From: Octopus sinensis
Taxonomy: Eukaryota
Length of the DNA stretch: 64,000 nucleotides
Direction: 5' to 3'
NCBI RefSeq assembly: GCF_006345805.1
Contig: NC_042999.1
Location: 104,904,001 to 104,968,000, forward strand
Made by a program: the position numbers and the translations under genes. The first letter of the stretch is position 1. Each line of letters begins with the position of its first letter. Of this stretch, positions 26,515-40,503 are shown piece after piece. The notes below the pieces were generated by a model, which was not told the origin of the DNA, made no database searches, and saw nothing but the letters and a program-made list of their open reading frames with translations.

Positions 26515-26930
26515 ACCCAGAAATTGAAAACAGAGGGTTACCCACTTGCAAACCAATGTGGTAACATATAACAATATTGACCGAGGTTACTGTGATCTTT
26601 TTCGTAGGCTTTTCTTCCCACGGATAAAACTTATCTGCTTCCCACTTTACACCGTACATTATGACACTGTGATACACGATCCCTATTGATCGTTTTTTTC
26701 CTCTTCCCCTTTTTTCCTCTTTTTTCTTCTTTTTCTCTTTTCTTTTTTTTGCTTCTTTTCCTTTTGTTTCTTTTTTCCTTTTTCCCTTTTACGATCCCTT
26801 TTGATCGAAAACCTACGCCACTTTTTTTTTATTTTTATTTTATTTCTTTTTTTTCCATCCCCCAAAAGAAAAGCTCTACCTTGTAATTTTGTCCCTTCTG
26901 TGTGCAGCCCTGTATGGCCAATAAAGAAAC

Positions 26931-26931
<1 letters not shown>

Positions 26932-27015
<84 letters not shown>
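26932..27015. repeat. (TATC)n tail/target of copy F, drifting to (TGTC)
   Basis: Seen directly. Confidence 0.95.
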
Positions 27016-27016
<1 letters not shown>

Positions 27017-27179
27017 GTCTGTCTATTATATTCTATTCTATGCATGTAATACCTATAGCATCTCTGGCCGCTTCTGCGTCACATGAAATAGTTGTATTCC
27101 CAGAGTAGTTACGCTGCAATTCTCCAAACTCTGAAGATGTAGGTCTTGTACTTCTCCAACTCTAAAGATGCTGTTTTTC

Positions 27180-27408
27180 TATGCATGCATGCATGTACGT
27201 ATATATGTATGGATGTATGTATGTATGTATGTATGTATGTATGTATGTATGTATGTATGTATGTATTTATGTATGTATGTATGTATGTATGTATGTATGT
27301 ATGTATGTTTGTATGCATGTATGTATGTATGTATGTATGTAAGTGGGTAGGTAGGTAGGTAGGTAGGTAGGTAAGTAGGTAGGTAGGTAGGTAGGTAGGT
27401 AGGTAGGT
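27180..27408. repeat. Compound (GCAT)/(TATG)n/(TAGG)n microsatellite
   Basis: Seen directly. Confidence 0.95.
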
Positions 27409-28985
27409 GCTATAGGAATTTCACTTGAAAACAACGTAATGCCTGTTGAAGATCTGAACACATCACATGATCTATTTTTCCAATAGATCTTCTTTCATCA
27501 CTTGGCAATATGAAGATGATTATGGATTTGTTTAAACGTTGGAAAAAAAACTTTATATTTCAAACTCTATGCATCGATAGGAAAATCTAGGCAAAGTTTA
27601 AACTTTTCAGATTACGTCAGCATTAACTGCATTACTTTTAATATATAAAGCTACTTCACTCGGTTTTCTCTCAAAAGATGTATGAAGATATGCTGTAGTT
27701 CTAACCAAACACGCCAACAATAAAATAAATGAGTAACATACCCATGCACTTTGTTTTTCTTTTTTACAGTGTTTGGGAGCAGAGAAGATGTAGCCAAGTT
27801 CGACGTACATTACATTATGTTGATCAACAAATATACATAACAGACATGTTAGCTAAATATACGGCGAAAAGAAATGACGAAGAAAATTCAGTTTAGAAAA
27901 CAATGAACGGAACCAAGTTGAATGAGAGAAGCAGAATTATCAATGATGTGTGTTAGGCATAGGAAAATATTTAGATTCACTTAGTTGATTTCAATGGATT
28001 TTCCCAAAATATTACAAAAGAAAAAGTTGCCAAGCATTGTTATGTCGTTGCTTATTTAACTGACAAAAGCTTTATCGATGTCAATTGGAGAGACTGTAAT
28101 GGACTTAGTTTGGTTCTATAGAGAGCATCTGTCAAACAAAGACTGGATTATTCTCAAACTGCAACTAAAGAAAGTTTTCGTATTGGAAAAAGTGAAGAGG
28201 CTCCGTTTGATATTGAAAGTTTGAGAATAGACAAGATTTGTTCGCCTTGTGTACCTAAATATACAACAATAAAAAAAAAATTGAATGCAGTACTAAATTT
28301 ACACACGGGAGAATACATTATCGTGGTGTATAATATTTAAGTATTTTATGCAGGAGTCAATGCTTTGAAACTGAAGCTTATTAGACACCTTGTATTATAC
28401 GGCTAAATAGTCATATAATATACACATTTATAGTTGCTCATCTATATACTTAATCGTGAAGACTGAAAGATAAATGCTTTATGAAATACATTCGAATATC
28501 TACTATCAACATTATATTATATTATATTATATTATATTATATTATATTATATTATATTAATTATATTATATATATATATATATATATATACATATATTAT
28601 GACTACGACTGGAATTTGATTAAGATTCGAACTTTCAAATGCATAATGGCGCGTCAATCTGAAATGGAAATGAAAAAAAGGAAATATGATATATAAATAA
28701 TATAATTCCTATAAAGGACTTCCTTTTATAAAGGTATCTTTAATTACATTATACTTCATAATCAGAGACAATAACTAAAATTCAATTGAAATTCAGTAAT
28801 TTCTATACGTCCATCATGGCTAGTAAAAACTGAAACAAAAACTAATCGTAATGATTATATTTGCCCTGATTACTAAGCTGAAACGAGTTAAAGTATTACA
28901 AAATTATATATATACATGTAAATATGTATGTATGATTGTATGTGTATATATATATGTATGTATATATATATATATATATGCATAT

Positions 28986-29028
<43 letters not shown>

Positions 29029-29058
29029 TTATATATAAATATATATGTATAAATATGC

Positions 29059-29089
<31 letters not shown>

Positions 29090-29529
29090 TATATATACCA
29101 CGGCTTCGTTTCAAAACAGGAGCCCAGTCATCGCTTTCACAGTGCAGCCAGTTTAAGGGAGTGTCAAAACCATGATCTGGTTATATGTCAAAGTGTCCTT
29201 TCCTAGAAGAGCTGCCTTCACCACAGCTAATGAGCCTCATATGCCAACCATACACATAAAAATATATATGAGCCGGATACGTCTTCTTAGATAACCTACT
29301 GGTGCTGTAGTGCTGTTTCAGTCGGTGATGGTGTTGTTAGTTTCGGTCATAGATTCCATTTCATATCAAGTATATAGTTTAAAAAACTGGACTGAATAAC
29401 GTTATGTCTGCCTGACTGTCTGACTGTACGTATGTGTGTAAGTATGTATGTATGTAAGTATGTATGTTTGTATCTATGTATGCATATATGTGTGAATATA
29501 TATTTATATACACATCTATCCATCTATAT

Positions 29530-30310
29530 ACCCAAGCCTATTCCCCATTTTATATTTGTAGGAGGGGATAGCCTCAACAAGATACATCAGGCGTTCCACA
29601 TTTATTTCCCAGCTCAAAGGGGTGATCCCCGTTCTATGCTCGGGTCAAAGCAGAGAACTCAATCCCCAATATCAGCAGCGGGGCTCGACAGTATTTACTG
29701 GTTTAACCCCGCCGCATCATGCTGGCGCCGTACTGCTTTGAGCAACATCAAATTTACTCATTCGTCCATAAACTCTCTCCAAGCTTTCCTATCAATTATA
29801 AACTCTTTTGCCTCTCTCACTCCAACACTACTAACCACCAAAGCATTCCTCGCTCCATCCATCCACGCAAACCGAGGTCTGCCTCTGGTTCTGTTGCCTA
29901 CCACTTCTGCGTTCATCACCCTCCTTACCATCCGATCCTCATCCAACCTCTCCACGTGTCCAACACCTCTACATTCGTCTATCCATTTTGGTTGTTAGTT
30001 TTTCTCTCGTTCCTGCAGATCTTCGCACGTCCTCGTTCCTCATCCTGTCCATCCATGTCACACCAGCTATAACCCTCAGTCATCTCAGTCAAACACATCT
30101 AGTTGCCTCCATTCCGCCTCTCTCATCCCCCAAGTCTCTGCACCATATAACATTGTCAGCACAATCAGGCCCTCATACACTCCTCTTTTCACTTTCATAC
30201 TCCACCTTTTATCTCTCAGTACACCTTTCATAACTCCAAGTACCTTAACCCCCTCCCTCACTCTATATCCCACCTCCGCAGCCATAACTAAGGTTGATGA
30301 TACATCACTT
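29530..30310 (-). mobile_element. RTE-clade LINE 3' fragment with 3'UTR
   Basis: MLYGAETW; ERLDEDRMVRRV..RGRPRFAW..DRKAWREF. Confidence 0.85.
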
Positions 30311-30482
30311 CTGGTAAAAAAAAAGCCTTCACTTGTGTATCTATAATTGACGAATATTCCCTTGTAACAGTATGGATTAGAAATCAATTATATCAAAAGT
30401 CGTTAAACTAAAGTTTTAAAAACATTCCCTATAAATTTCTTTTAGAATATGGATATAACTGCGAAATTTCATGCGTCCGCAA

Positions 30483-30530
30483 TTGAAAAGACCTCATTGA
30501 GGTACGAAACTACGAATATGTGGTCTGAAA
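30483..30530 (+). ncRNA. Degenerate hammerhead-like motif (core plus stems II and III; stem I not canonical)
   Basis: TTGAAAA-G.ACCTC att GAGGT.AC-GAAA-CTACG aata TGTGG-TC. Confidence 0.3.
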
Positions 30531-30817
30531 CCTAGCTGGTTAGCGTTATAACTATCCTCCCCAATAAACGTCATAAAAATATAACGTGTGCTTAATAAAT
30601 ATTCTCCACCAGTAGCATACTTTTAAATAGTTTGTGAGATACATAATGGAATATGGCAAGTAGATTTGAACTCAAAATTCATGATCTGCTTCATCAATGT
30701 TTACTTCAATTATAGCTTCAGTTTTAACACACATACACACACACAAATACACACACATTCACAAAACACATATGCATATTTCTTTATAAACATGCATATA
30801 TGCTTATATATATAATA

Positions 30818-30849
<32 letters not shown>

Positions 30850-31056
30850 TATGCATATATGTATATATATATGTATATATATATGTATATAATATTGTAT
30901 ATATATATGTATATATATATGTATATATATATATATATATATATTGATGTGTATATACATACCTATATCAATACACGCACATGCACGCGCGCACGTAACC
31001 ATACATACAAATATATAAATGTACGTGTATGCGTACATATGTATATACACCATATG

Positions 31057-31158
<102 letters not shown>

Positions 31159-31222
31159 AGATATATAGATAGATAGATAGATAGAGATAGAAGAAGATAG
31201 ATAGATAAATGTGTGTATTATG

Positions 31223-31263
<41 letters not shown>

Positions 31264-33036
31264 TGGAAATTCAAACGCACACACTAGGAAAACTAAGGAG
31301 ACAGTGTTAATGAAAGTAGATGGCCTGTGGATATATCCGGGATTCAATATTGGTATACAAGTATAAAAAGCAAAATGAAATAAAAATCGAGCACGGCGGC
31401 AAAATATAGAAAAAAGTAGATACACAAGAAAGAAAAAAAAAAACACTATCACCCCCTCCCGCAAAAAATATAGAGAAAAGAAATAAGAGAAAAGCAAAAC
31501 TGTTTCTACGGCATCAAGGACGGAAAGCGTAACATACTTTGTTATTCACATTTATCACACAGGTGGAGAGATTTTATTAAAATATCCTATGATTAGTATT
31601 CTATTCCACACAAACTATTATTTATATTTGTAATGTATTTACAACCACATGTGTGTGCATGTGTATATATATATATATATGTTTGTGTGTGTTTGTGTGT
31701 GTATACGTATATATATATATATATAAAAAATTAATATAAAAATAAATATTACACATCCTCATACACATATATATGCATATGCATATATATATATATACAC
31801 ATGAATATGTCTGTATATATATAGATGTGCTTATTCATTTTGGGATGGGAGTATAGGAATATACATTTGTATATATATATACGTATGTATGTATATATAT
31901 ATATATATGTATTTATATGAATACATATATGTATATATGTGTATATATATATATATTATATAATATACGCATGTATATACGTATATTATATATATATATA
32001 TATTATATATATATAATATATATATATATGTCGGTATTGTATATATTCTATATATTCTAATGCATGTAAATTCTATGACATTACATGCATGCACACAATA
32101 CGCACGCGAGCACACACACACACGTGTGTGTGCGTGTATACATAGAGTGATGAATGGGTTTTGTTATTTCATTTCTTTATCGATTTCTTCTTTTTCAGTT
32201 CGTTCTTTAATCTAGAATACGAAATCAACGCGTTCATTTTTGGTGGCGGGGTTATATGCGCAATGATTTAAATTGCAGGGAAATCCATTTTGCTTCCAAT
32301 CACTTTCTTTTTGTTTTTTTCTTTGTCGTCTTTCTATTTCTTCTTTACATTTTTAAAGTTATATTTCCCCTCAGTTTTTAGCGTAATGATTATTTGTATT
32401 TCTTTAATTTTGCTGTTTTTCAATCCCTCAAGGAAATATACCCCGAAGATTAGCGTAAAAATGTGTCCACATCTGTTCACCCATAGAATAAATATATTTG
32501 TCACATACAGAAACTTTCATATGATATAGACAAAATACACAAATAAACGTAAATATACGCACACAATTGTAAATCACATACGCGTATGGATATGATTATG
32601 CATTTGGCTTGAATGCAATTGTAAGATTCGCCTATAGGGAACAGATGAATAAGCTGCTACGGGTATAACATGAAGTTGTAATTGACAGAATATGCATAAT
32701 GAAGATGATGCTCCAAAAAGAATTATCTAGCTTACTGAGAGAGAGAGTAAGGGAAAGATAGAGAGCATGGTGTATGGTAAAAGAAAATATATAAATGATA
32801 TATGAATATGCATTTAGTTGCTACGTGTCTCTTTATTGTGTATGTATGCATCTATTTGTTTGTTTATGTGTGTGTGAGTATGCTTTCATAGTGTTTTTTT
32901 GAATGTGTTTGTGGGCGTGTTTAGTTTCAGCAGGATTTGTTGTTGTTGGTAACTATAAAGATTTAGAAGCTCTAACACCCACATATTCAACGTAAATACT
33001 AATAAACGAAACTATGATTATTAGGGATATATTATA

Positions 33037-33088
<52 letters not shown>

Positions 33089-33176
33089 TATATATATAAA
33101 GAAGAGGTTTATTCCCACGAAGAAAAAATATGTATGGCTATATATATATATGTATGTGTGTGTGTGTGTGTATATC

Positions 33177-33293
<117 letters not shown>

Positions 33294-34783
33294 TACAAAC
33301 ACACACAACCACACACACACACCTATATATATATTATACATTTTTGCATTTAGAAAATTAATGGTGTAGCCAAATATACACTTGCAAACAGCATACGAAT
33401 AGAAATATTCGCATATGTATACACATTTACACACATATACAGACACACACACACTCACACACACGCACGTACACACACACACACACAAACATACAGATAT
33501 ACATGTGTATGATGGATATATACTTATTAACAAAACTATACACACAGCGTGCATACATATGCCCATCCACGGATATATGTATGTGTATATATGTGTGATT
33601 GTGCTTACGTGAGAGTTATATATATATATATATTATATATATATATATATATATAACTCTATTTAGCTTTCATTTCTCTCTCTCTCTCTCTCTTTCTCGC
33701 TCTTAGATATCCCCCTTGTATCCTCCTATTTGCCTGATCTAGTGCTTTCATAACGTATCTCAATGAAAAACCATTTTTATTTAATTTTTAGACTATAAAA
33801 TTATATAGATGTAGTTCAACTAAAACGCACTTAAAAATACATAGGAGAGAAGATGTGCATACTAAATAAATATATCCTTATCTCTTTGTCTCTATCTGCA
33901 AGTGTATGATTTATGTTTGTCATGGCCGGGGGGTAAAAAAAAGATAAATAATTAAACATACATTCATCCACTTCAGTGCTGTGCAAAGGAACGGCTTGAT
34001 AGGAAAAAAAAAATTATTGAATTTATGCACGCATCATACAAGGTAAGGTCCGGGCAAATAATATACAGTGTAGGTTTAGAGAGATGAAATAAGCTTCCAT
34101 GAATTTAACAATGAATATGTGAATAAAACATAATAATTATACGGAAAAATATTTGCCCCTTCACGAGCGCGTTTCTACGATGTTTTATTAGGTAAGCGAT
34201 CAATGAAATATAAATTCAACTTTCATATTAAATGCTAAATTTTGCCTTAGCTACATTAGAATTGAATAAAAAAAAAAACAATATTTAATCACACTAGCCG
34301 TAAGATGCATGTCTTGGTAGCATACACCATGCATTCGCAAGTTCTCATTTATACATATCTATGTAGTTGTGAGCAGACATCTCGGCTTACCTACCTTTAA
34401 CTCGGCGAAATATTTAGTATGTAACAGCTGGAACGAGAGAAGGTTTTAACCAGCATTGGGCCGGTAAGAATTTTTGATTTTTGACTGAATCGTCTGGGCA
34501 GCAACAAATGCTGTCCTTTGCTCAGTAACATAATTCACAACGTGCTACCCGGTCAGGGAACCGAATCCCAAAGATATAATCGTGTTTATAACGCACTGTT
34601 CACCAGATCATATGTAGAATATGTTTTTTTTTATATGTTTAGGCTATGTTGTTGGTTGAGGTGGCTCCTTTTATACTTTTATCGGTATACTTTTAATTTG
34701 CGTTAATTTCCAATTGTAATACAAATAAAACAAACCAAGCATCTTTTCAATTTTTCTTCTCCGTTTTCTTTTATTGATTTTTA

Positions 34784-34831
<48 letters not shown>

Positions 34832-35561
34832 AATATTGTACTCTAAAACCCAAGGTATTATCTGTCTATTTGAATCATTGAAAGATATCCGGAAAGCTTT
34901 GATTACAAGAGACTACGCCACGGAAGTTATCCAATTGTCAGATTCTGGTGCTAGACTGGGCGACATTTTAAATCAACGACCGAATTTATCTATGGCATGA
35001 CTTGGACTCACAAAGTACCGGGACAAATACCACAAGGCACCCACCCGTACAACGATCTTTGTAGCACCATAAGTTCAAACTCTGTACCTTCGATTACAAT
35101 TACTTTTATCGATTTCAAGAGATGAAACGCTAAGTTGATCACAGCAGAATTTGAACTTATGCTGCAGAAATTCGGGTTACACACGGCAAAGCAATCAAGC
35201 CAAAATACTCACAGTTATGCTAATTTGACGCGTAGGCTGCGGGAAAAAATCCCCAATAAATAGGATGCCAGTGTGTTGTAAACTATACTCATGAGGTTCA
35301 GCAGTCTGAGTCTTAATTGCATGCGTTTCTCTCGGAGACAATGTCACGCTGTGTCTCTGAATCGCACCCGTGACCTCATTGCTAAGGGTTGAACATACAC
35401 TACTGAAACACACGCACACACGGGCTCTCACACACACATATATATCAACATATATGTATGTTTGTATGTGTATATGTATATATATACATATATATATGTG
35501 TGTGTGTATATATATATACATATATAAATACATGTACACACACACACTCATATATATATGC

Positions 35562-35606
<45 letters not shown>

Positions 35607-35746
35607 CTGGAGTAAGCACATAAATGTGAAACAAGGTAGAAAAAAGAGTACTCAAATACCAGAAGTAGAGTAATATGCTTTATTTAAAAGCAGCAGAAAT
35701 ATAACAAAAGCACCGTACCGATTAGGTAATATTTAAGGGATGAGGA

Positions 35747-35779
<33 letters not shown>

Positions 35780-35801
35780 GATATATACAAGAAGATATAT
35801 A

Positions 35802-35855
<54 letters not shown>

Positions 35856-36209
35856 TTATCTAAGGTATTATATGCATAGATACACACACACATACACATA
35901 TATGTGTGCGTGCGTGTATGTCCTTATGTGCAGTGGGTGTGAGTAATATCTTGGGAAATATCATTCTTGAAAATACATCATTTGCAAATATATAGATAAA
36001 AGCAACGAAAACATTAGCAAGAAAAACGTAACGAACACAGACAAAATAGAAAACAGATGCATAGAAGAAAATGAAAGGTATGTCATCAAAATAGCTTTCT
36101 CTGCTTGCAATTTCGCACACCTCATATCTTGCGTGTCGCATACTATATATTCCATGATATAATTTTTTTCCTTTTCTAATTGTACTTACATATCAGCTGC
36201 CTGATATCT

Positions 36210-36349
36210 CATTTGCCATCGTCATCATCGTCATTATTATTGTAAATATATATATATATCATCAGCGTTAATGTACATTTATAATTATTATCATCGTCAC
36301 TATCATCATACACCTCCTGCCGCTCATCATCGTCATCGTCATCGACATT

Positions 36350-36383
<34 letters not shown>

Positions 36384-36800
36384 CCATCATTATCATTAAC
36401 CCCCCCACCGTCACCACCACCGCCACCAACCCCAACACCACGATCATCATCAGCATGTTCATGATCATGATCATGATCACCATCATAATCCTCATCGTCC
36501 ACCTGCTTCTTTTTCTCCGCCATCTCATCATTTTCTCCACCACAGTAATTTTTCATTTATCTTCCCCATCTACGTCAGATTTTCACCTTACCACTCTTCG
36601 TCGTTCTCTTTCTCCTCCTTATCAGCATCATTGTCTTTGTGGTTTCAAGCCTAATTGTCATCGTCGTAATTTATCATCCCGAATAATAGCAGGAACATTA
36701 CCAGCAGCAGCTACACGTCGATGACGATGACAACGACGACGATGACAACGACGACGATGACGACCACCAACACACAACCGACAACAACAACAACAACAGT
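36210..36800. repeat. Cryptic (CAT)/(CAC)/(GAC)/(CAA) trinucleotide region
   Basis: Seen directly; explains the Asp/Gly/Met-rich ORFs. Confidence 0.85.
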
Positions 36801-39233
36801 CACTGTAACAGCTTAATGTTATGCTATCTCCAGCATCATACATAACATCCTCGTCTATAGCATCCATTCTCATTACGGTGCTTACATCATCATGATGATG
36901 ATAGTTACTCTCCTTACCAGTTGTTACATGAACAGAAGCGTAGTAATTTTCCCACTGCAACACTGTATTTTGAGACAAAGGCTAAAACTCTTCTGGTTGA
37001 AACAAACTAAATAATTTATATGGAAATGTAAAAATATTGAAATATTGGAATAGGCTGTTTGTTGCCTTCAGGCATATACTAATATTCACTTGAAGCATGG
37101 ATGTATTGGAAATACTCCAAGCATTATATTTTACTATATTTCTGCAATAATACACGGCAATGTTACACTAGATTAAACTTTAGAGAATATTATAATATGC
37201 TGACTTATTGCTTTGCAATCGTAGCGTTCCAGATTCGATTTCAAGGTGGAAGTGAACCAAACCTTCGTCGGAATGGAGTTTACCTTTAAAATACAGCCAA
37301 TGATGTATGATGTGATTTTAGGGTGATTTGGCTGTTATAACATGCAAGTCAAAAATCTAAGATGGGGCTTGCACATTGGAACGATTAAATTTTAGTCAGA
37401 TATTAAGGTCTACATCATCTTTTGTTCATATCCCATCCGGAATGAATGAATTTGTTATATATCTTAAAGCATTATATTCTACGGGAACAAACGAGATAGA
37501 CTATATACGATAGCTAGACCTGCTTAAAATAACAAATAAATCTTCCTCAGAACACATGTTATTATCTTAGAAAGAGGAGTCACCAAATGTGAGGAAACCT
37601 CGCTCAACAAAGACAGGATGTTCACAATTGAAATGATATTTCATCATAGATCTCCATCACCAAATCTAACCTGCTGTTAATGATTACATAATTACAATAT
37701 ATTACATTACGACCCTTGGCCTTCAAGTAATTTAACATACACTACCTCATTTCTACTCCATGCTTAAGACACAGTGTCTTCAGTGTCAGAACGATCGGGG
37801 AAAATTGCAGAAACAATATAATCATATTATGATTGCAAACACTGTTTACCTGTCAAATTTGATATATATACATATTTATGCATAAAGACAGACGCTCCTA
37901 AACACCCTCATACACGCTGACACGCACACTCTCTCATACACGCTGACACACACACACACATACACACACATGTGCATATGTATTTTTATATACATAAATA
38001 ACCATACACATACGTACACATCGCTATTTGTAAGGGTGGCATCTTACGCCAAAAAGTTAACCTATACTTTTGAATAACAGGGAACAATAAACTAAGTACG
38101 AGACTGAAATAAGTGATGGCTGTGGTACAAGTGGTTAAAAAGTGATAAACACTGTATCACTGCATGGTTACAGTCTTATGTTTATGAAGCTATTAGACAA
38201 GTAACATGTAAAATATTGCATGTGAATATCTAATGCACATACACAGAAAATAAACTTATGTACTGAATTCTTTATTAGACAATATTCCAATTGGTGCTAT
38301 TAGCTCTAAGCATAAGATAAAACACTATACATAAGATATAGAATACCTTAAGTCATTATGTTATAAAATTAGACTGACTGACATATATCTTCGTCAAAAT
38401 TAACACTGGCCACATCTAATTTAATAGAATCACGTGACAGAATCTACTGAGTCAGTTTAAAGATGAAGTTTGTGGTATTAGAAACCATTTAAGACAGGAA
38501 TCGTTTCTAGCTGAGATATATCCGGGTCTTTCTCTGGTATTTTGATTTGGGATAATATTAAACAGTGTAGGGCCTATCGAGGCAAACTAATTGTGTTGCA
38601 ATGTGGTTATGTGTTGTGAGATTGATGAGTGTAGAGGGAGTATGGTAAAGGTCTCCAAAGTATGGAATATCTACAACTACATAACTCATGTGAAATTCGT
38701 TTTAGAAATGCTGATGGAATATTTAAACATTGTGCAAAAAAAAAAATGTGGAGTTCACATTGAAGTGTACAGTGCACTGATTTATTTTTCTCTTTTTTGT
38801 AATTACTTTCCGGTTGCCTTAATTCTCATGATGCTTTATTTGGTATGGAGAGACCACAGTGGGTAGCGGTATTTTCGGGGGAACTAGACAAAGGAAGAGA
38901 AGAGAAGGTGGATGATGATATCTGGCTCTTTGGAATGGAATGCTCCGAGGGTTCAGGAACACATCTTGCTAGCCATTATTGATGTAAGATTTCCAACTAA
39001 TTTTGTTGCCAATAATTACCTTTAAATCTCCGATATTGTTGAGTACATAAATTGTTCTTCTGATAGATGACAATATGACTGCGCACATTCACTTTTGTAA
39101 AATGAATTGGTTCAAATTTTCTCTCATTAAGAAGCATGTTATTTCTATCTGCCTAATATCTTAAAACTCAGAGATCAGACTACAGAATTGTTCAGTTTCC
39201 CCTACTGTTAGGTTTTTGAAGCTTGAAATCATG

Positions 39234-39450
39234 CGAGGGGGTGCTGAAAAGATCGTGGTTTGGGTAAAAGAAAATACAAGATCAGTTAATTATGATTTTA
39301 TTTAACATATTCTTGTTAAATATTCCCACACTTACTGCAGCGGCACTTCCGTTTTTCTAAGCCCTATAGAAGACCTCAGAAGTTTGGGCCTTTCGCTATA
39401 CCCTTAAAGCCAGGCACATTTTAACATCCTCTTATACGAACACATCTATT
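39234..39450 (-). mobile_element. Mariner-like element terminus (TIR plus decayed transposase C-terminus)
   Basis: CGAGGGGGTGCTGAAAAG resembles a mariner TIR (from recall); partner TIR not found. Confidence 0.45.
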
Positions 39451-40212
39451 TTACTGCGCTTCATGACCTTTTAAATGTCATTGGATTACCCTCTGAAGAA
39501 AGAAGCTTTAACCTAGTCCGTTTGGGAATTGTGTAGTAGGTATTGGGGCATTTTGCTAGGATAGAATGGATTCGATCAATCACAAAATGGGATTTGTTCT
39601 TTAGAATATCTTGATCAAGTTCAGCAGTTTTCCACGGAATCTAATGTTGAACAGTTTTAACTATAGAACGTTGTGGTCGAATTGTTACTCAGAGTTTCAC
39701 CTGTCATTCGTCGGATAGTTTTGGCTGAAAATTGAACAAAAAAAATAACGCTATATTTATAAATATACAATTTACATTGACAGGTACACATTTGAAATTA
39801 ATTTCGTTTCATTGGTCCTATCAACAAACGGTCTTTTTAAGAACCGATGATATACATAAAATTAAAATTGCGATTTAAACATCATATTATGTAAAATCGA
39901 AGAAAGCCTTAAATCAAAATTAACTTTAGTTAAATGAAAAAAACATGCATTCTCAGAGTAAATTAATTAATGGTAAAATATATTTAATTAAAAAATGTAA
40001 GTCTGTTTATAACAGAATATTGGTTTACAGAAATAAACACAGGTGCAAACGTATGCAAAACATTGAGATATACATTCACACACAAAAAAATATATACATG
40101 CATATATACATTAAATATACAAATGTTGATACATGCATACACACATATATACAAACTTATACAGGCAAAGTATAAAAATGAATATATATATGCTAATGTA
40201 TATATAGTAATC

Positions 40213-40287
<75 letters not shown>

Positions 40288-40441
40288 GTGTGTACACATA
40301 ATACGTATCCATGCGTATATTCTAAATGCACAACTTAGTTGTTGTAAGCCAGAAAAATAAAAATAAATAGAATCAGAAATAAGAAATGGTGAGAGAAAGA
40401 AAAAAGAAAGGGAAAGAGAAAAATAGTAAGAGAGAGAGAGT

Positions 40442-40503
<62 letters not shown>

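Larger units (their letters stand above)
21225..26931 (+). mobile_element. Apparently full-length L1/Tx1-clade LINE (copy F), inactive
   Basis: 5'UTR, ORF1, 12-nt spacer, ORF2 (APE-RT-Zn finger), pyrimidine-rich 3'UTR, AATAAA, (TATC)n tail. Confidence 0.93.

Noticed and set aside
27760-28300. Possible decayed DNA transposase
   Set aside because: Coding-like composition but multiple stops and no catalytic motif I can identify.
36209-36978. Acidic/Gly-rich protein ORFs
   Set aside because: Entirely explained by trinucleotide low-complexity sequence.
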